A stretch of DNA of 64,000 bases from Anaeramoeba ignava BMAN. Lineage: Eukaryota; Protista; Anaeramoebae. The notes below the pieces were generated by a model that was not told the origin of the DNA, searched no databases, and saw only the letters and a list, made by a program, of their open reading frames with translations. Location: the NCBI GenBank assembly GCA_028826165.1, contig JAPDFW010000095.1, positions 1 through 64,000 of the forward strand, given 5' to 3'. A program made the position numbers and the translations under genes. Below, one piece after another: positions 12,710 to 25,980 of this stretch. How positions within the stretch are numbered: the stretch's first letter is position 1; every line of letters begins with the position of its first letter.

Positions 12710-13447
12710 ATGAAAATGGATAATGATTTATACGAAGAAAAATTTAGTGATGATGAAACACCAAATATAATAGAAACACAAAAAAGCGGAAAAACATCAA
12801 AACAAATCCAAAGAGAACGAAAAGCAACACGAGAAGAAATCAAAGAAAAAATCAAGCAAAAACAAGAAGAAGAAATAGAACGTTCAAAAGAAATTGAAAG
12901 ATTATCATCAGTTTCAAATAAACTATATCGACAAAAAATAGTTGAACAAGCAGATCTTCAAACATCAATAGAAACATTTGGAATTGAAGACGATGAAGAT
13001 GAAGATGATCCACAATTCCAAAAGAATTATAACAATATCGACTTATTTAAACCAGTTACTGTTAAAGATTATAAACATTTTGCTCAACTTCTTGCTGATA
13101 AAATTTTTCTTTATCAAAATGAAAAAAATTTCAAAACATTTTTTAAAAGTATTCTTCATATTATTTCCCAAAAAATTGAACAAATAACTGATTTAAAAGA
13201 ACTTGCTAGTTTTTATAACGATTTAATTCCTCAAAAAATTGAAGATTTAAAAAAAGTTGTTAAACAACAAGAAATTGAAATTGTTAAAAAAGAAAAAAAA
13301 ACTCAAGTTAGAAATGTTTATGATGCTTTTGCTGATGATAGTGATAGTGATAATGATAATGATAATGATAATGAAAGTAATGATAATGATGATAATGATG
13401 AAAAAAAACACAGTGATGAAAATGATGATGATTATGATTTTATGTGA
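12710..13447 (+). CDS. eIF3j: Translation initiation factor 3 subunit J-like
   Basis: KLYRQKIVEQADLQTSIETFG...IDLFKPVTVKDYKHFAQLLADKI and the acidic end DDYDFM match the eIF3j/Hcr1 pattern. Confidence 0.8.
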   Translation: MKMDNDLYEEKFSDDETPNIIETQKSGKTSKQIQRERKATREEIKEKIKQKQEEEIERSKEIERLSSVSNKLYRQKIVEQADLQTSIETFGIEDDEDEDDPQFQKNYNNIDLFKPVTVKDYKHFAQLLADKIFLYQNEKNFKTFFKSILHIISQKIEQITDLKELASFYNDLIPQKIEDLKKVVKQQEIEIVKKEKKTQVRNVYDAFADDSDSDNDNDNDNESNDNDDNDEKKHSDENDDDYDFM

Positions 13448-13888
13448 TCTTGTTCTTTTTCCAAAATCAAACAACAAAATATATTTCAAATTAAAAATTA
13501 TTTTCAAACAAGAAATTATTTCAAATTAAAAATTAATTTCAAATAAGAAAATATTTCAAACAAAAAATTATTTTCAAATTAAAAATTATTTTCAAATAAG
13601 AAATTATTTCAATTCAAAAATTAATTTCAAACAAGAAAATATTTTAATTCAAACAAGAAAATATTTCAATTTAAAATTAATTTCAAACAAGAAAATATTT
13701 TCAAAATAAAAATTAATTTCAATTTAAAAATTATTTCAATTCAAAAATTAATTTCAAACAAAAATTATTTCAATTAAAATAAAAATTTTTTTTTAGATTT
13801 TTTTTTAAAAATAACCAATTAAAAAAAGAGAATAAATTTTTTTCATTTTTTTCATTTTTTTCATTTTTTTCATTTTTTTAAAAATAAA

Positions 13889-16761
13889 ATGACAACAGAG
13901 ACTTGGGAAAAAGTTTTTTATCCAATAGCAGCTTGTTTTTATTTTATTTTTTTCATAATAACTTTAATTCGCTGGATTCTTTTATTAAAAAGAACAAAAC
14001 AATTATTTCATCAAAAAGTAAAAAAAAAAAAAAAAAAGGAATTTAAATTGGAAAAAAAATAATATTTCTTTTTCTTCTTCTATTGTTTTGTTTTTTATTA
14101 GATTTTTTTTCTTTTAATTGGTTTACTTTGTTTATCAAGGACAATTACTCTTTTAATGATTGGAATTCCTTCTTTTCAAGATAAATATGATACAAGATTA
14201 CAAAATGCTGTTTTAATTGAATCAAATTTTATGTTTACTGCATTTTTATTAATTATTTTTTCTTTGTAAAATATTTTGATTTTGAAATTTAATTCCAATT
14301 CCAATTCCAATTCCAATTCCAATTCCAATTCCAATTCCAATTCCAAAATCAAATTAAATCAAATCAAATCAAATCAAAATTAAAATCAAATCAAATCAAA
14401 TCAAATCAATTCAAAATCCAAAATCAAATCAAATTAAATTAAATTAAATCAAAATTAAATTAAATTAAATTAAATCAAAATTAAATTAAATTAAATCAAA
14501 TCAAATCCAATTCCAATTCCAATTCCAATTCCAATTCCAATTCCAATTCCAATTCAAAATCCAAAATCAAATTAAATTAAATCAAATTAAATAAAATTAA
14601 ATTAAATTAAATCAAATCAAATCAAATCAAATCAAATCAAATCAAATCAAATCAAATCAAATCAAATCAAATCAAATCAAATTAAATTAAATTAAATTAA
14701 ATTAAATTAAATTAATTCAAATTCAAATCAAATCAATTCAAAATCCAAAATTAAATTAAATTAAATCAAATTAAATAAAAATTAAATTAAATTAAATCAA
14801 TTCAAAATCCAAAATCAAAATTAAAATTAAATTAAATTAAATCAAATCAAATCAAAATAAAATCAAATCAAATCAAATCAAATTAAATCAAATTAAATTA
14901 AATTAAATTAAATTAAATCAAATCAAATCAAATCAAATCAAATCAAATTAAATCAAATCAAATCAAATCAAATCAAATCAAATCAATTCAAAATCCAAAA
15001 TCAAATCAAATCAAATCAAATCAAATTAAATCAAATTAAATTAAATCAAAATTAAATTAAATTAAATTAAATTAAATTAAATTAAATAAAAAATCAAAAT
15101 CAAATCAAATCAAATCAAAATCAAATCAAAATCAAATCAAAATCAAATCAAATTAAATCGAATTCAAAATCTAAAAATTAAATTAAATTAAATTAAATTG
15201 AATCAAAATCAAAATCAAATCAAAAATCAAAAAATCAAATTAAATTAAATCAAATCAAAAATCAAATCAAATAAAATTCGAAAATTAAATTAAATTAAAT
15301 CAAATCAAATCAAATCAAATCAAATAAAATTCCAAAATCAAATCAAAAAATCAAATAAAAATTAAAATTAAATTAAATTCAAAATTAAATTAAATTAAAA
15401 TCAAATCAAATTCAAATCAAATCAAATCAAAATCAAATCAAAATCAAATTAAAATCAAATCAAATCAAATCAAATCAAATCAATTCAAAAACTAAAAATC
15501 AAAAATTAAATTAAATTAAATTAAATTAAATTAAATTAAATCAAATTAAATCAAAAAATCAAAATCAAATTAAATTAAATTAAATCAAATTAAATTAAAA
15601 AATTAAATTAAATTAAATCAATTCAAAATCCAAAATCAAAAATCAAAATTAAAATTAAATCAAATTAAATTAAATTAAATTAAATCAAAATCAAAATCAA
15701 AATCAAATCAAATCAATTCAAATCAAAAATCAAATTAAATCAAATCAAATTAAATCAAATTAAATCAAAATCCAAAATAAAATCAAATCAAATTAAATCA
15801 AATTCCAAATCAAATCAAATCAAATCAAATTAAATTAAACCAAAAATCAAATCAAATCAAATCAAATCAAATCAAATTAAATTAAATTAAATTAAATTAA
15901 ATTAAATTAAATTAAATTAAATTAAATTAAATTAAATTAAATTAAATTAAATTAAATTAAATTAAATTAAATTAAATTAAATTAAATTAAATTAAATTAA
16001 ATTAAATTAAATTAAATCAAATTAAATTAAATCAAAATTAAATCAAAATCAAATTAAATTAAATAAAATAAAATCAAATAAAATCAAATTAAATTATATT
16101 AAAATTAAATTAAATTAAATTAAATCAAATCAAATTAAATTAAATCAAATTAAAATTAATTGAAATTAATTGAAATTTCAAGAAATAACCTCAAAGTACC
16201 TGAAGAAATTCAATCAGATTCAAAACAAAAAATGATATTTCTTGGATTTATAATTGTCGATACTGTTTTTGTAATAATTTTTATATATCTAATTTTTGTA
16301 ACATCAATTGCAAGATGGTTTCTCGCAATCGGTTTTTTGTTATTATCAATTGGATTTCTAATATACAGTTTCAAATTAAGAAAAAATCTTGAAGATGCAA
16401 AAAAACCAAAAAAATTTTATTATGCTTTTTTATTTTGTACAATTTCTTTTCTTTTAAGAATTCCTTTATTAGTTCTTGAAAAACAATTAAAAACTAATAA
16501 TCAATCAAAAGAATTACTTATTAATATATATTATGTGCTTTTTGGAGAACTAATTCCAATCAGTTTAATGACTTTTTATGTTTTTGATATTCCAATTAAA
16601 CCTTGTAATTTAAATAAGAAAAAAAAAATTTTTATTATTAGGGAAAATTTTTTGAATTAACAAAAAACTTTTATTTATTTATTTATTTCTTTCTTTTTTT
16701 AGCTCATTTACAAACTTTTAGTTTACATTTACTTAATGAAAATGTAAAAACAACAAATTAA
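13889..16761 (+). CDS. 7TM TOM1/GPR137-like membrane protein, paralogue 1 (4 exons)
   Basis: Exons 13889-14017, 14102-14265, 16183-16604 and 16703-16761 with GT-AG joins. Motifs RWILLLKRTKQLFHQK, LLRIP and GELIPI. Confidence 0.8.
14290..16160. repeat. Intronic microsatellite (AAATC/AAATT/AATTCC)n
   Basis: About 1.9 kb of penta- and hexanucleotide repeats filling intron 2. Confidence 0.9.
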
Positions 16762-16965
16762 AACAAATTATGAAAAGAAAATTATTAAAAGAAAATTATT
16801 AAAAGAAAATGAAATCAATCTATTAAAAGAAAATGAATTATTTTTTTGTTTATTTATTTAATTAATTTTTTTTATTTAAAAAAAAAAGGAGAAAAAAAAA
16901 TAAAAATAAAAAAATACGAAAAATTTTTTTTTCATTTTTTTTCTTTTAAAAAAAAAAAAGCAAAA

Positions 16966-17697
16966 ATGAAAAAACAAACAATTAAACCTTGTTGTGAAAT
17001 TAAAACACCGATTGCACCAACATTTATTTCTGGAGGGATTGTATCAACAGGAGCTGAAATTCCAGGATTTTTAGCAGATAAACTACTTGGAATTGGAGGA
17101 GATGTTTCAACGACAATAAAAGCAACTCCAGTTAATTTTTTACTGAATGGATTTTCTTTTACACAATACGATATTGTCAAAGAATTATATCAAAAAAACG
17201 ATCCAAAAAAAGAAGATCCTAATTGGAAATTAGGGTTAAAAATTGGGGCAACAACAGCGATTATTCAGTCACTTTTAACGGTTCCAATTGACAGTTTCAC
17301 AAAGAAAGAAAGAAAAGAAGACGGATCCGTTAAAAAAAGTGGAATGGTTGAAGATTTCATTGATAATTGGGTTTCTTCAGTGCCTCCAAGTGCGTTTTTC
17401 GCTGCTTTTGCTGAGGAAATGGGCCCGAAATTCGCTGCTTTTGGAAACGCCCGTAAATTTTCTCCAAATGAAAAGATTTGTCTTAATTTTGCTTTAGGTG
17501 CTAGTTCTGCTTTATTCTCTAATTATTGCTCAAAACCCTTTGAATTCGCTAAACAGAAAGTTCTCGGTAAATCTGATGAAAGTTGTCTTGATTTCTTGAA
17601 AAAACAATTTAAACCTTCTTTGGCTGGTGCTGTTCGTGCTGGTGCTATGATGGCTTGCTTTGGTCCTACTTTTGCAAAAGTTAAAACGCTTCTTTAA
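16966..17697 (+). CDS. Divergent, short mitochondrial-carrier-family-like protein (243 aa)
   Basis: Carrier-like signatures FTQYDIVKELY, GATTAIIQSLLTVPIDSFTKK, LGASSALFSNYCSKPFEFAKQK (Px[DE]xx[KR]) and RAGAMMACFGPTFAKVKTLL. Confidence 0.55.
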   Translation: MKKQTIKPCCEIKTPIAPTFISGGIVSTGAEIPGFLADKLLGIGGDVSTTIKATPVNFLLNGFSFTQYDIVKELYQKNDPKKEDPNWKLGLKIGATTAIIQSLLTVPIDSFTKKERKEDGSVKKSGMVEDFIDNWVSSVPPSAFFAAFAEEMGPKFAAFGNARKFSPNEKICLNFALGASSALFSNYCSKPFEFAKQKVLGKSDESCLDFLKKQFKPSLAGAVRAGAMMACFGPTFAKVKTLL

Positions 17698-17729
17698 TTT
17701 TTTTTTTTTCTCTTTTTTTTTCAATTTAA

Positions 17730-18550
17730 TTCAAAATCAAAATCAAAATCAAAATCAAAATCAAAATTTAAAATCAAAATCAAAATCAAAATTTAAAATC
17801 AAAATCTAAATTTAAAATCAAAATCAAAATCAAAATCAAAATCAAAATTAAAATCTAAATTAAAATCTAAATCAAAATTAAATTAAAATCTAAATCAAAA
17901 TCAAAATCTAAATCAAAATCAAAATTAAAATTAAAATTAAAATTAAAATCAAAAATCAAAATCTAAATCTAAATCAAAATCAAAATCAAAATCAAAATCA
18001 AAATATAAATCTAAATCAAAATCAAAATCAAAATCTAAATCAAAATAAAAATCAAAATCAAAATTAAATCAAAATAAAAATTAAAATTAAAATTAAAATC
18101 TAAATTAAAATCAAAATCAAAATCAAAATCTAAATCTAAATCAAAATAAAAATCAAAATAAAAATTAAAATCAAAATCTAAATTAAAATCAAAATCAAAA
18201 TCAAAATTAAAATCAAAATCAAAATCAAAATTAAAATCAAAATTAAAATCTAAATCAAAATCTAAAATTAAAAAAATCAAAAAATCAAAATTAAAATCAA
18301 AATCAAAATTAAAATTAAAATCTAAATCTAAATCTAAATCTAAATCAAAATCAAAATCTAAATCAAAATCAAAATCAAAATTAAAATCTAAATCAAAATA
18401 AAAATTAAAATCTAAATTAAAATCAAAATTAAAATAAAAATCAAAATCAAAATCAAAATCAAAATTAAAATCTAAATTAAAATTAAAATCAAAAATTAAA
18501 ATCTAAATCTAAATTAAAATTAAAATTAAAATCTAATTTAAAAATTAAAA
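17730..18550. repeat. Intergenic (TCAAAA/TTAAAA/TCTAAA)n hexamer satellite
   Basis: Direct reading. Confidence 0.9.
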
Positions 18551-18933
18551 TGAAACTATTGGCTAAATAAAAAAACCAATCTTTCTTCAAAAAAAAAACA
18601 ATTTAAATTTTCTATTTAGTTTGGGGGTTTGTTTTTTTTATTTAAATGAAAAATTCATTTTGGAAATTTATTCCAATTTGATCAAAAAAAAAAAAAATTA
18701 ATCAATTTGAATAATAAATTTTTCTTAGTAAGATTTTTAATTTTTAATTTAATTTTTAATTTTTAATTTAATTTAATTTAATTTAATTTTTAATTTGTGA
18801 GTTATTTGGGGGATAAATGGAAAATAAAAAAATTAAATAAAAATTAAATAAAAAAATTAATTCATTTTTTTCTTTTTATATTTTTTTTTTTACACAAATT
18901 ATATTAAAAAAAAATAACAAAAACAAAAATAAA

Positions 18934-21900
18934 ATGACTGAACAAATTGTTTCTGAAGATTTTGAATGGATTTCATCATTAATACATGAAAATATAAATT
19001 TAAATTTGACTGAAAAAAAACTTTGGTTACGTTTATGTAAAGCAGCCCAAATTTTTGCACCAGAAATTCTTGTCAATTTAAGGTAATTTATTTAAGAAAA
19101 TTTGAAATAAATTGGAATGGAAAATCAAATAGCAAAATTCAAATTGAAATCAAAAATTAAATCAAAAATTAAATCAAATATTAAATCAAATATTAAATTA
19201 AATATTAAATCAAATATTAAATCAAATATTAAATCCAAATTTAAATCAAAACTTGAAATGATTTGGAATAAATATCAAATCAAAAATTAAATCAAAAATT
19301 AAATCAAATATTAAATCAAATATTAAATCAAAAATTAAATCAAATATTAAATCAAATATTAAATCAAATATTAAATCAAATATTAAATCAAATATTAAAT
19401 CCAAATTTAAATCAAAACTTGAAATGATTTGGAATAAATATTCAAATAGCAAAATTTAAATTGAAACTTATATTAAATCAAATATTAAATCAAAAATTAA
19501 ATCCAAAACTTGAAATGATTTGGAATAAATATTTAAATAGCAAAATTTAAATCAAAATTTAAATTAAATCAAATAGCAAAATTTAAATCAAAATTTAAAT
19601 TAAATCAAATAGCAAATCTAAATTAAGAATAAAGATTATTTGGAATAAATATTCAAATAGCAAAATTTAAATTAAGATTAAAGATTATTTGGAATAAATA
19701 TTCAAATAGCAAAATTTAAATTGAAACTAAATCCAAATTAAATCAAAACTTAAATTAAGATTAAAGATTATTTAGAATAAATATTCAAATAGCAAAATTT
19801 AAATTAAGATTTAAATTAAATCAAATAGCAAATCTAAATTAAGATTAAAGATTATTTGGAATAAATATTCAAATAGCAAATATTAAATCAAAATTTAAAT
19901 TAAATCAAATAGCAAATCTAAATTAAGATTAAAGATTATTTGGAATAAATATTCAAATAGCAAAATTCAAATTGAAATTAAATCAAAAATTAAATCAAAA
20001 ATTAAATCAAATTAAATCAAAATTTAAATCAAAACTTGAAATGATTTGGAATAAATATTCAAATAGCAAAATTTAAATTGAAACTAAATCCAAATTAAAT
20101 CAAAAATTAAATCCAATATTAAATTAAAAATTAAATTAAATATTAAATCAAATATTAAATCCAAAACTTGAAATGATTTGGAATAAATAATCAAATAGCA
20201 AAATTTAAATTGAAACTTATATTAAATCAAATATTAAATCAAAAATTAAATCCAAAATTTGAAATGATTTGGAATAAATATTTAAATAGCAAAATTTAAA
20301 TTGAAACTAAATCCAAATTAAATCAAAACTTAAATCAAAAATAAAGATTATTTGGAATAAATATTCAAATAGCAAAATTCAAATTGAAATTAAATCAAAA
20401 ATTAAATCAAATATTAAATAAAAAATTAAATCAAAAATTAAATCAAATATTAAATCAAAACTAAATCAAATATTAAATCAAATTAAAATTAAATCAAATA
20501 TCAAATTAAATATTAAATCAAATATTAAATCAAAAATAAAATTAAATATTAAATCAAATATTAAATCAAATATTAAATCAAATATTAATATTAAATCAAA
20601 AATTAAATCAAATATTCAAATAGCAAAATTTAAATTGAAATTAAATCAAAATTTAAATCAAAATTAAATCAAAAATTAAATCCAAAATTTAAATCAAATA
20701 TTAAATCAATATTAAATCAAAATTAAATCAAAATTAAATTAAATATTAAATCAAAAATTAAATCAAAAATTAAATCAAAATTAAATCAAATATTAAATCC
20801 CAAATTAAATCAAAATTTGAAATGATTTGGAATAAATATTTAAATTGAAATTAAATTGAAATAAAATTGAAATAAAATTGAAATAAAATTGAAATCAAAA
20901 TTGAAATAAAATTGAAATAAAATTAAAAATAAAATCAAAATTGAAATAAAATTGAAATAAAATTGAAATAAAATTGAAATAAAATTGAAATAAAATTGAA
21001 ATCAAAATTGAAATAAAATTGAAATTGAAATAAAATTAAAAATCAAAATTAGTAAATCAACAGAAAAAAACAAACACACATTCATCTCTGTTTGCGAAAA
21101 AATGGGAGTTTCCAAAAAAATGCTCACAATCAAAAAAAGAAAGGATCTAATCCCATTAATAAACGCACTATATGAAAAATTATACATGTCACACAAAATT
21201 CAAACAAACATCAAACTAACAGCAGAAATCTTAAGCTCAACATTCCAAAAAATAGGACTTGCAGAGATATTTATACACAACGGAACATTAACAATATCGT
21301 CTTTATCACAATCAGAAAGTGAAAAATGTGATCTCAATATACAAATCGATGCTCACAAACAAAATAGCAACATTCTGCGAATTATATTCCCATCAGGAAC
21401 ATATTTCATTGCTAAATTCCCGCCCAAAATGGCTGATACCTTTTACCAAACTTTCAAGGCTGCTCAGTTTATTTATTCAAAAGGAAGAATGTATCCAAGA
21501 AAAAAATTTTTGCCTTCAAATCCACTTGATGATCAATTTGAGGAAATTGAACCAGATCTGCAGTATCAGATCCAAACAAGAAACAAGAAGACCAAAGACA
21601 AGAAAAAGCCACTAAAGCAACCCCAAAAAGCAGCGAATGAACAAGAAGAATTTTCCAAAACACGAGATGTTGAATTATTTAATGAAAACAAATTTCGGAT
21701 CGATTTAATCGATCAAGATCAGCAATATTTCAAAGGGTTAATTCATCTGCAAAAAAACGAAATGCAAATCAAACTTTCGCGCAAAATTTACCATTCCAAA
21801 TACAACCGCTTGCTAAGAATATACTATGATGCAAACACAAAAACAATTTTCAAAATTCTTCTCAATCATCACGAATTTCTTGTCCAATTTCGAAACGAAA

Positions 21901-23153
21901 TTCTTGCTCATAAATTCTTGATTTGCTATCAAAACTTCAGGAACTCTTATATTCGGGAAGCAAGAACAAGAATAAATGAGAAGAAATCCAAATCAGTGAG
22001 TCAACTGATGAATTATAAAACAACAGAAACAGATTCCACCGAAAGTCGAACAGATTGGGATCGTTCCCAAAACATACAGAGAAATGTCACTTCCCAAATT
22101 ATTCCATCCGTAAATTATACTCAACAAAATGAAGAGTTGAATTTTGATGATTTTTTGCCGATCCAAAAAGAGCAATTAATCCAAATGGAAGATGAATCAG
22201 AAAAATCAGAAAACTCCTTTTCCTCAATTCCAACTGATTCTGAAAGAGATTCTCGCGATAAGTCCTTCTCTTTTCCAATTACAATACTCAATAATGATTT
22301 CCAGCCAACCGAAAAGGCTCGTTTTATAATCAAATCGGGAATTGCCAGTTTTCAAACAAGTTCAAAAGAAATCAAAAGAGGATTGATGAAGGATATTCAA
22401 CTTTCTCATCATCCAAAAAATCCTCTTGTTTCTGTGATCGTTTTCCCCAAATCAAACGCTACTCTTTTTTCCTTCGAAACAAAAGAAGATGAAAAAGTTG
22501 TCATTTCCTTGTTTTATTACAATCAAACTTATCTTTTGGAAAAAAATTTCTGGTCAGAAAACCCTCACAAATCTCCAAAAATATCAAATTTTCTTGTAAA
22601 TGTTTACAGTAAAAATTTCGAAAAACTTGAACAGGCAAATCTTACTATTCAAGAAAATCGAGTTTGTCTTGAATTATCAAATGAATCATATTTCTCAAGT
22701 GTTCAAACAGTGAATTGGGTTTCAATCCCTGAACATGAAGGTTTTGCTGTTTTGCATTTAGATTCAAACCAATTTATCATTTCTTTTGTAAATGAAGATG
22801 AAGAAATCAAGTTTATTGATCAATTACCAAAAGTGATAAAAACTGAAAAGAAGAAAAAACCCAAAAGATCTCAAAATATTCCGTTTTTTTACGTTTCTAT
22901 TGTTGATTCCAATTTCAAGAAGGTTTCTGATATTCAAGTAATTTTTGAAGAAGATGAACTAACGATTATTAAAAAGAAAAAGAAAATTGCTTCTACTTCT
23001 TATGGTGAATCTGTTCTTCAAGTTCTTTCTCATCCAAGATTTAATTGGATTGTTTCTTTGAAATTTCCTGGTTTTGATGAATTGATTTCTTTTGAATCTT
23101 GGTCTCAAAAAAATCAATTTTTACAAAGAATGGAAGACAAAAGACGCAAATAA
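18934..23153 (+). CDS. Hypothetical protein with N-terminal calponin-homology-like domain and repeated ~70-80-aa beta-rich modules
   Basis: Exon 18934-19082 splices in phase 2 to 21053-23153. It reads EWISSLI..LWLRLCKAAQIFAPE..HTFISVCEKMGV..DLIPLINAL, which is CH-like. The later modules begin FRIDLID, FPITILN, FLVNVYS and FYVSIVD. Confidence 0.6.
19120..21045. repeat. Intronic compound minisatellite with recurrent core TTTGGAATAAATATTCAAATAGCAAAATTTAAATT
   Basis: About 13 copies of the core (some partial), separated by ATTAAATCAAAT-type repeats, then (AAATTGAAATA)n. Confidence 0.85.
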
Positions 23154-23491
23154 TAATTTTTAATTTTCAATTTTTAATTTTTAATTTTGAAATGAATAAT
23201 TTTGAAATGAATAAATTTAAATAAAAATCTAAATAAAAATCTAAATAATTTTGAAATGAAGTAAAAATTAAATAAAAATTGAAATAAAAATTTAAATAAA
23301 AATTTAAATAAAAAATGAAGAAAAGATAAAAAGGTTTTTTTAATTGACTAATTTTATTAAAATTATTAGTCATTTTTAGTAAAAAAAAATTTTTTTTATT
23401 TATTAAAAAAAAGAGCAAAAAAAAAAATTAAAAAAATTTTTTTCATTTTTTTCTCATTCAAAAAATTCAAAAAATTAAAACTAAAATTAAA

Positions 23492-25825
23492 ATGGATAAC
23501 CAAAAAAAAAGAATTCAAACTGAAAATGATACACAAAAATCTATTTCAAAAAAGGAAGAAAAGTTAAAAGAAAATGAAAATGAAAATGAAAATGAAAATG
23601 AAAATGAAAATGAAAATGAAAATGAAAATGAAAATGAAAATGAAAATGAAAATGAAGAATCATGGGATGATTCTGATTCTAATTCCAATTATGATTCTGA
23701 TTCCGATTCTGATTCTGATTCCAATTTACCAAGATCACGTTCAAAATCACCAGATTTTAATCAAAATCAAAATCAAAATCAATTTCCAAATCAATTTCCA
23801 AATCAATTTCCTTCAAATTATTCAAATGAAAAAAGAAATCAATTCAATCAAGAAAAACCAAGATATAGAAAACAATATTCAAAAGATCAAAATTATTCAG
23901 AAAAACCAAGATTTAGAAATCACAATTTTTCAAATTTTAAAAATTATCCAAAAGATTCAAATTTTAGAAATTATCCAAAAGATTCAAATTTTAGAAATTA
24001 TCCAAAAGATTCAAATTTTAAAAATTATCCAAAAGATTCAAATTTTAGAAATTATCCAAAAGATTCAAATTTTAAAAATTATCCAAAAGATTCAAATTTT
24101 AAAAATTATCCAAAAGATTCAAATTTTAAAAATTATCCAAAAGATTCAAATTTTAAAAATTATCCAAAAGATTCAAATTTTAGAAATTTTTCAAAAGATC
24201 CAAATTTTAGAAATTTTTCAAAAGATTCAAATTTTAGAAATTATTCAAAAGATTCAAATTTTAAAAATTATCCAAAATATCCTAAAAATAAAAATTATCC
24301 AAATGATTCAAGTCCACCAAAAAGAGTTTGGAAAAGACCAGAAAAGAAAGATCAAAACCAAGATCAAAATCAAAACCAAAACCAAAATCAAAATAAAAAT
24401 GAATTTAGAAATCAAAATGATGAAAATATTAAAACAAGATTTGATAAATCAAACCCTCCAAGATTTCAGTTTGTTATCATTTATCTTCTTTATCTTGTCT
24501 CTAAATTAAAACAAAAAATTTATTCATTTTATTTAGAAATCAATACAGAAAGACTTATTGTTTAGAGTTTAAATCAGATCAAATTTTTGATGTTCGAGAT
24601 GTTCGTACTGAATTGGGTTGGGACAATGTATTAAATTCAAAATTAAATTTAAAATTAAATTTAAATTCAAAATTAAATTCAAAATCAAAATTAAAATTAA
24701 ATATAAAATTAAATTTAAAATTAAAATTTAAATTAAAATTAAAATTAAAATTTAAATTCAAAATTTAATATAAAATTAAATTTAAAATTAAATTCAAAAT
24801 TTAATTTAAAATTAAAAATTAAATTTAAATTTAAATTTAAAATTAAAATAAAATTCAAAATTAAATTCAAAATTAAATATAAAATTTAAATATAAATTTA
24901 AAATCAAATTCAAAATCAAAATTCAAAATTTAAAATTCAAAATTAAATTTAAATTTAAAATTAAAATTAAATATAAAATTAAATATAAAATTAAATTCAA
25001 AATTGAATATAAAATTAAAATAAAAATTAAAATAAAATTTAAAATTAAAATTAAAAATCAAAATTAAAATAAAATTAAATATAAAATAAAATTAAATTCA
25101 AAATTAAATTTAAAATATAAAATTAAATTCAAAATTTAAAATTCAATTTAAAATTCAATTTAAAATTCAAAATTAAAATTAAAATTAAAATCAAAATTAA
25201 AATTAAAATTCAAAATTCAATTCAAAATTCAATTCAAAATTAAATAGACAAGAGTTTCACCAAAATATGGTGTAGTTGATAGCTGCAGAGTTTTCTTTAT
25301 AGATAAAATTATTTTTGAAAACTCAAAACAAAAAAATGTTTGAATTTTTCTTTTCAAAAAGAAAAAAAAATCAATTAAACAAGAAATTATTTTTTTAATT
25401 AAATTTTTAATTAGAAAATTAAAGATAAAGTTTTTCAAATAAAAGAAATTGATTTACAGAATGATTATTACACCAAAAAACCCTTTTATAAATCGAATTC
25501 TCAAAAATTCTATTCAAATTATGAATCAAAACCAAATTTTCAAAATAAATCAAAATTTTCAAAATCTCAAGATTTCAAAACTAATTCAAATAATAAAATA
25601 ATTGAATTCCAAAAACCAAATGAACAAGAATTAACAAATCAAAAGAAAAATGAACATGAAACTAATATTCAAAAAACTGAAGAAATTCAAAATGAAAAAA
25701 CTAGAAAAACTCAAAGAAAAAAAAAGAAAAAAAAGAAAAAGAAATCAAAAAATGATGACAATCAATCAAATTTACGTGATCAAAATCGATTTGGGAAACT
25801 TCGTGATTTAATTAATAAAAATTAA
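23492..25825 (+). CDS. Hypothetical low-complexity protein with nonapeptide repeats (multi-exon; downstream exon joins uncertain)
   Basis: ORF 23492-24565 plus coding-like exons near 24537-24627, 25248-25337 and 25446-25825, separated by AT satellites. Confidence 0.5.
23930..24280 (+). repeat. 13 x 27-nt coding repeat (SNF[K/R]NYPKD)
   Basis: Counted from the translation of ORF 23492-24565. Confidence 0.9.
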
Positions 25826-25980
25826 TTTTAAATTCAAAATCAAATTCAAAAATCAAATTCAAAATTAAATTCAAAATTAAAATTAAATTCAAAATTATTT
25901 CTTTTTTTTTTTCTTTTTTTAAAAAATTTTTTTAATAAAACAAAAATTTCATTTTTTTTCTTTCTTTTATTTTTTTTGAA

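Noticed and set aside
19240-20840. CRISPR-like alternation of a ~35-bp constant core with variable spacers
   Set aside because: The spacers are mutually repetitive AT satellite of irregular length, the array is in a eukaryotic intron, and no cas genes are present.
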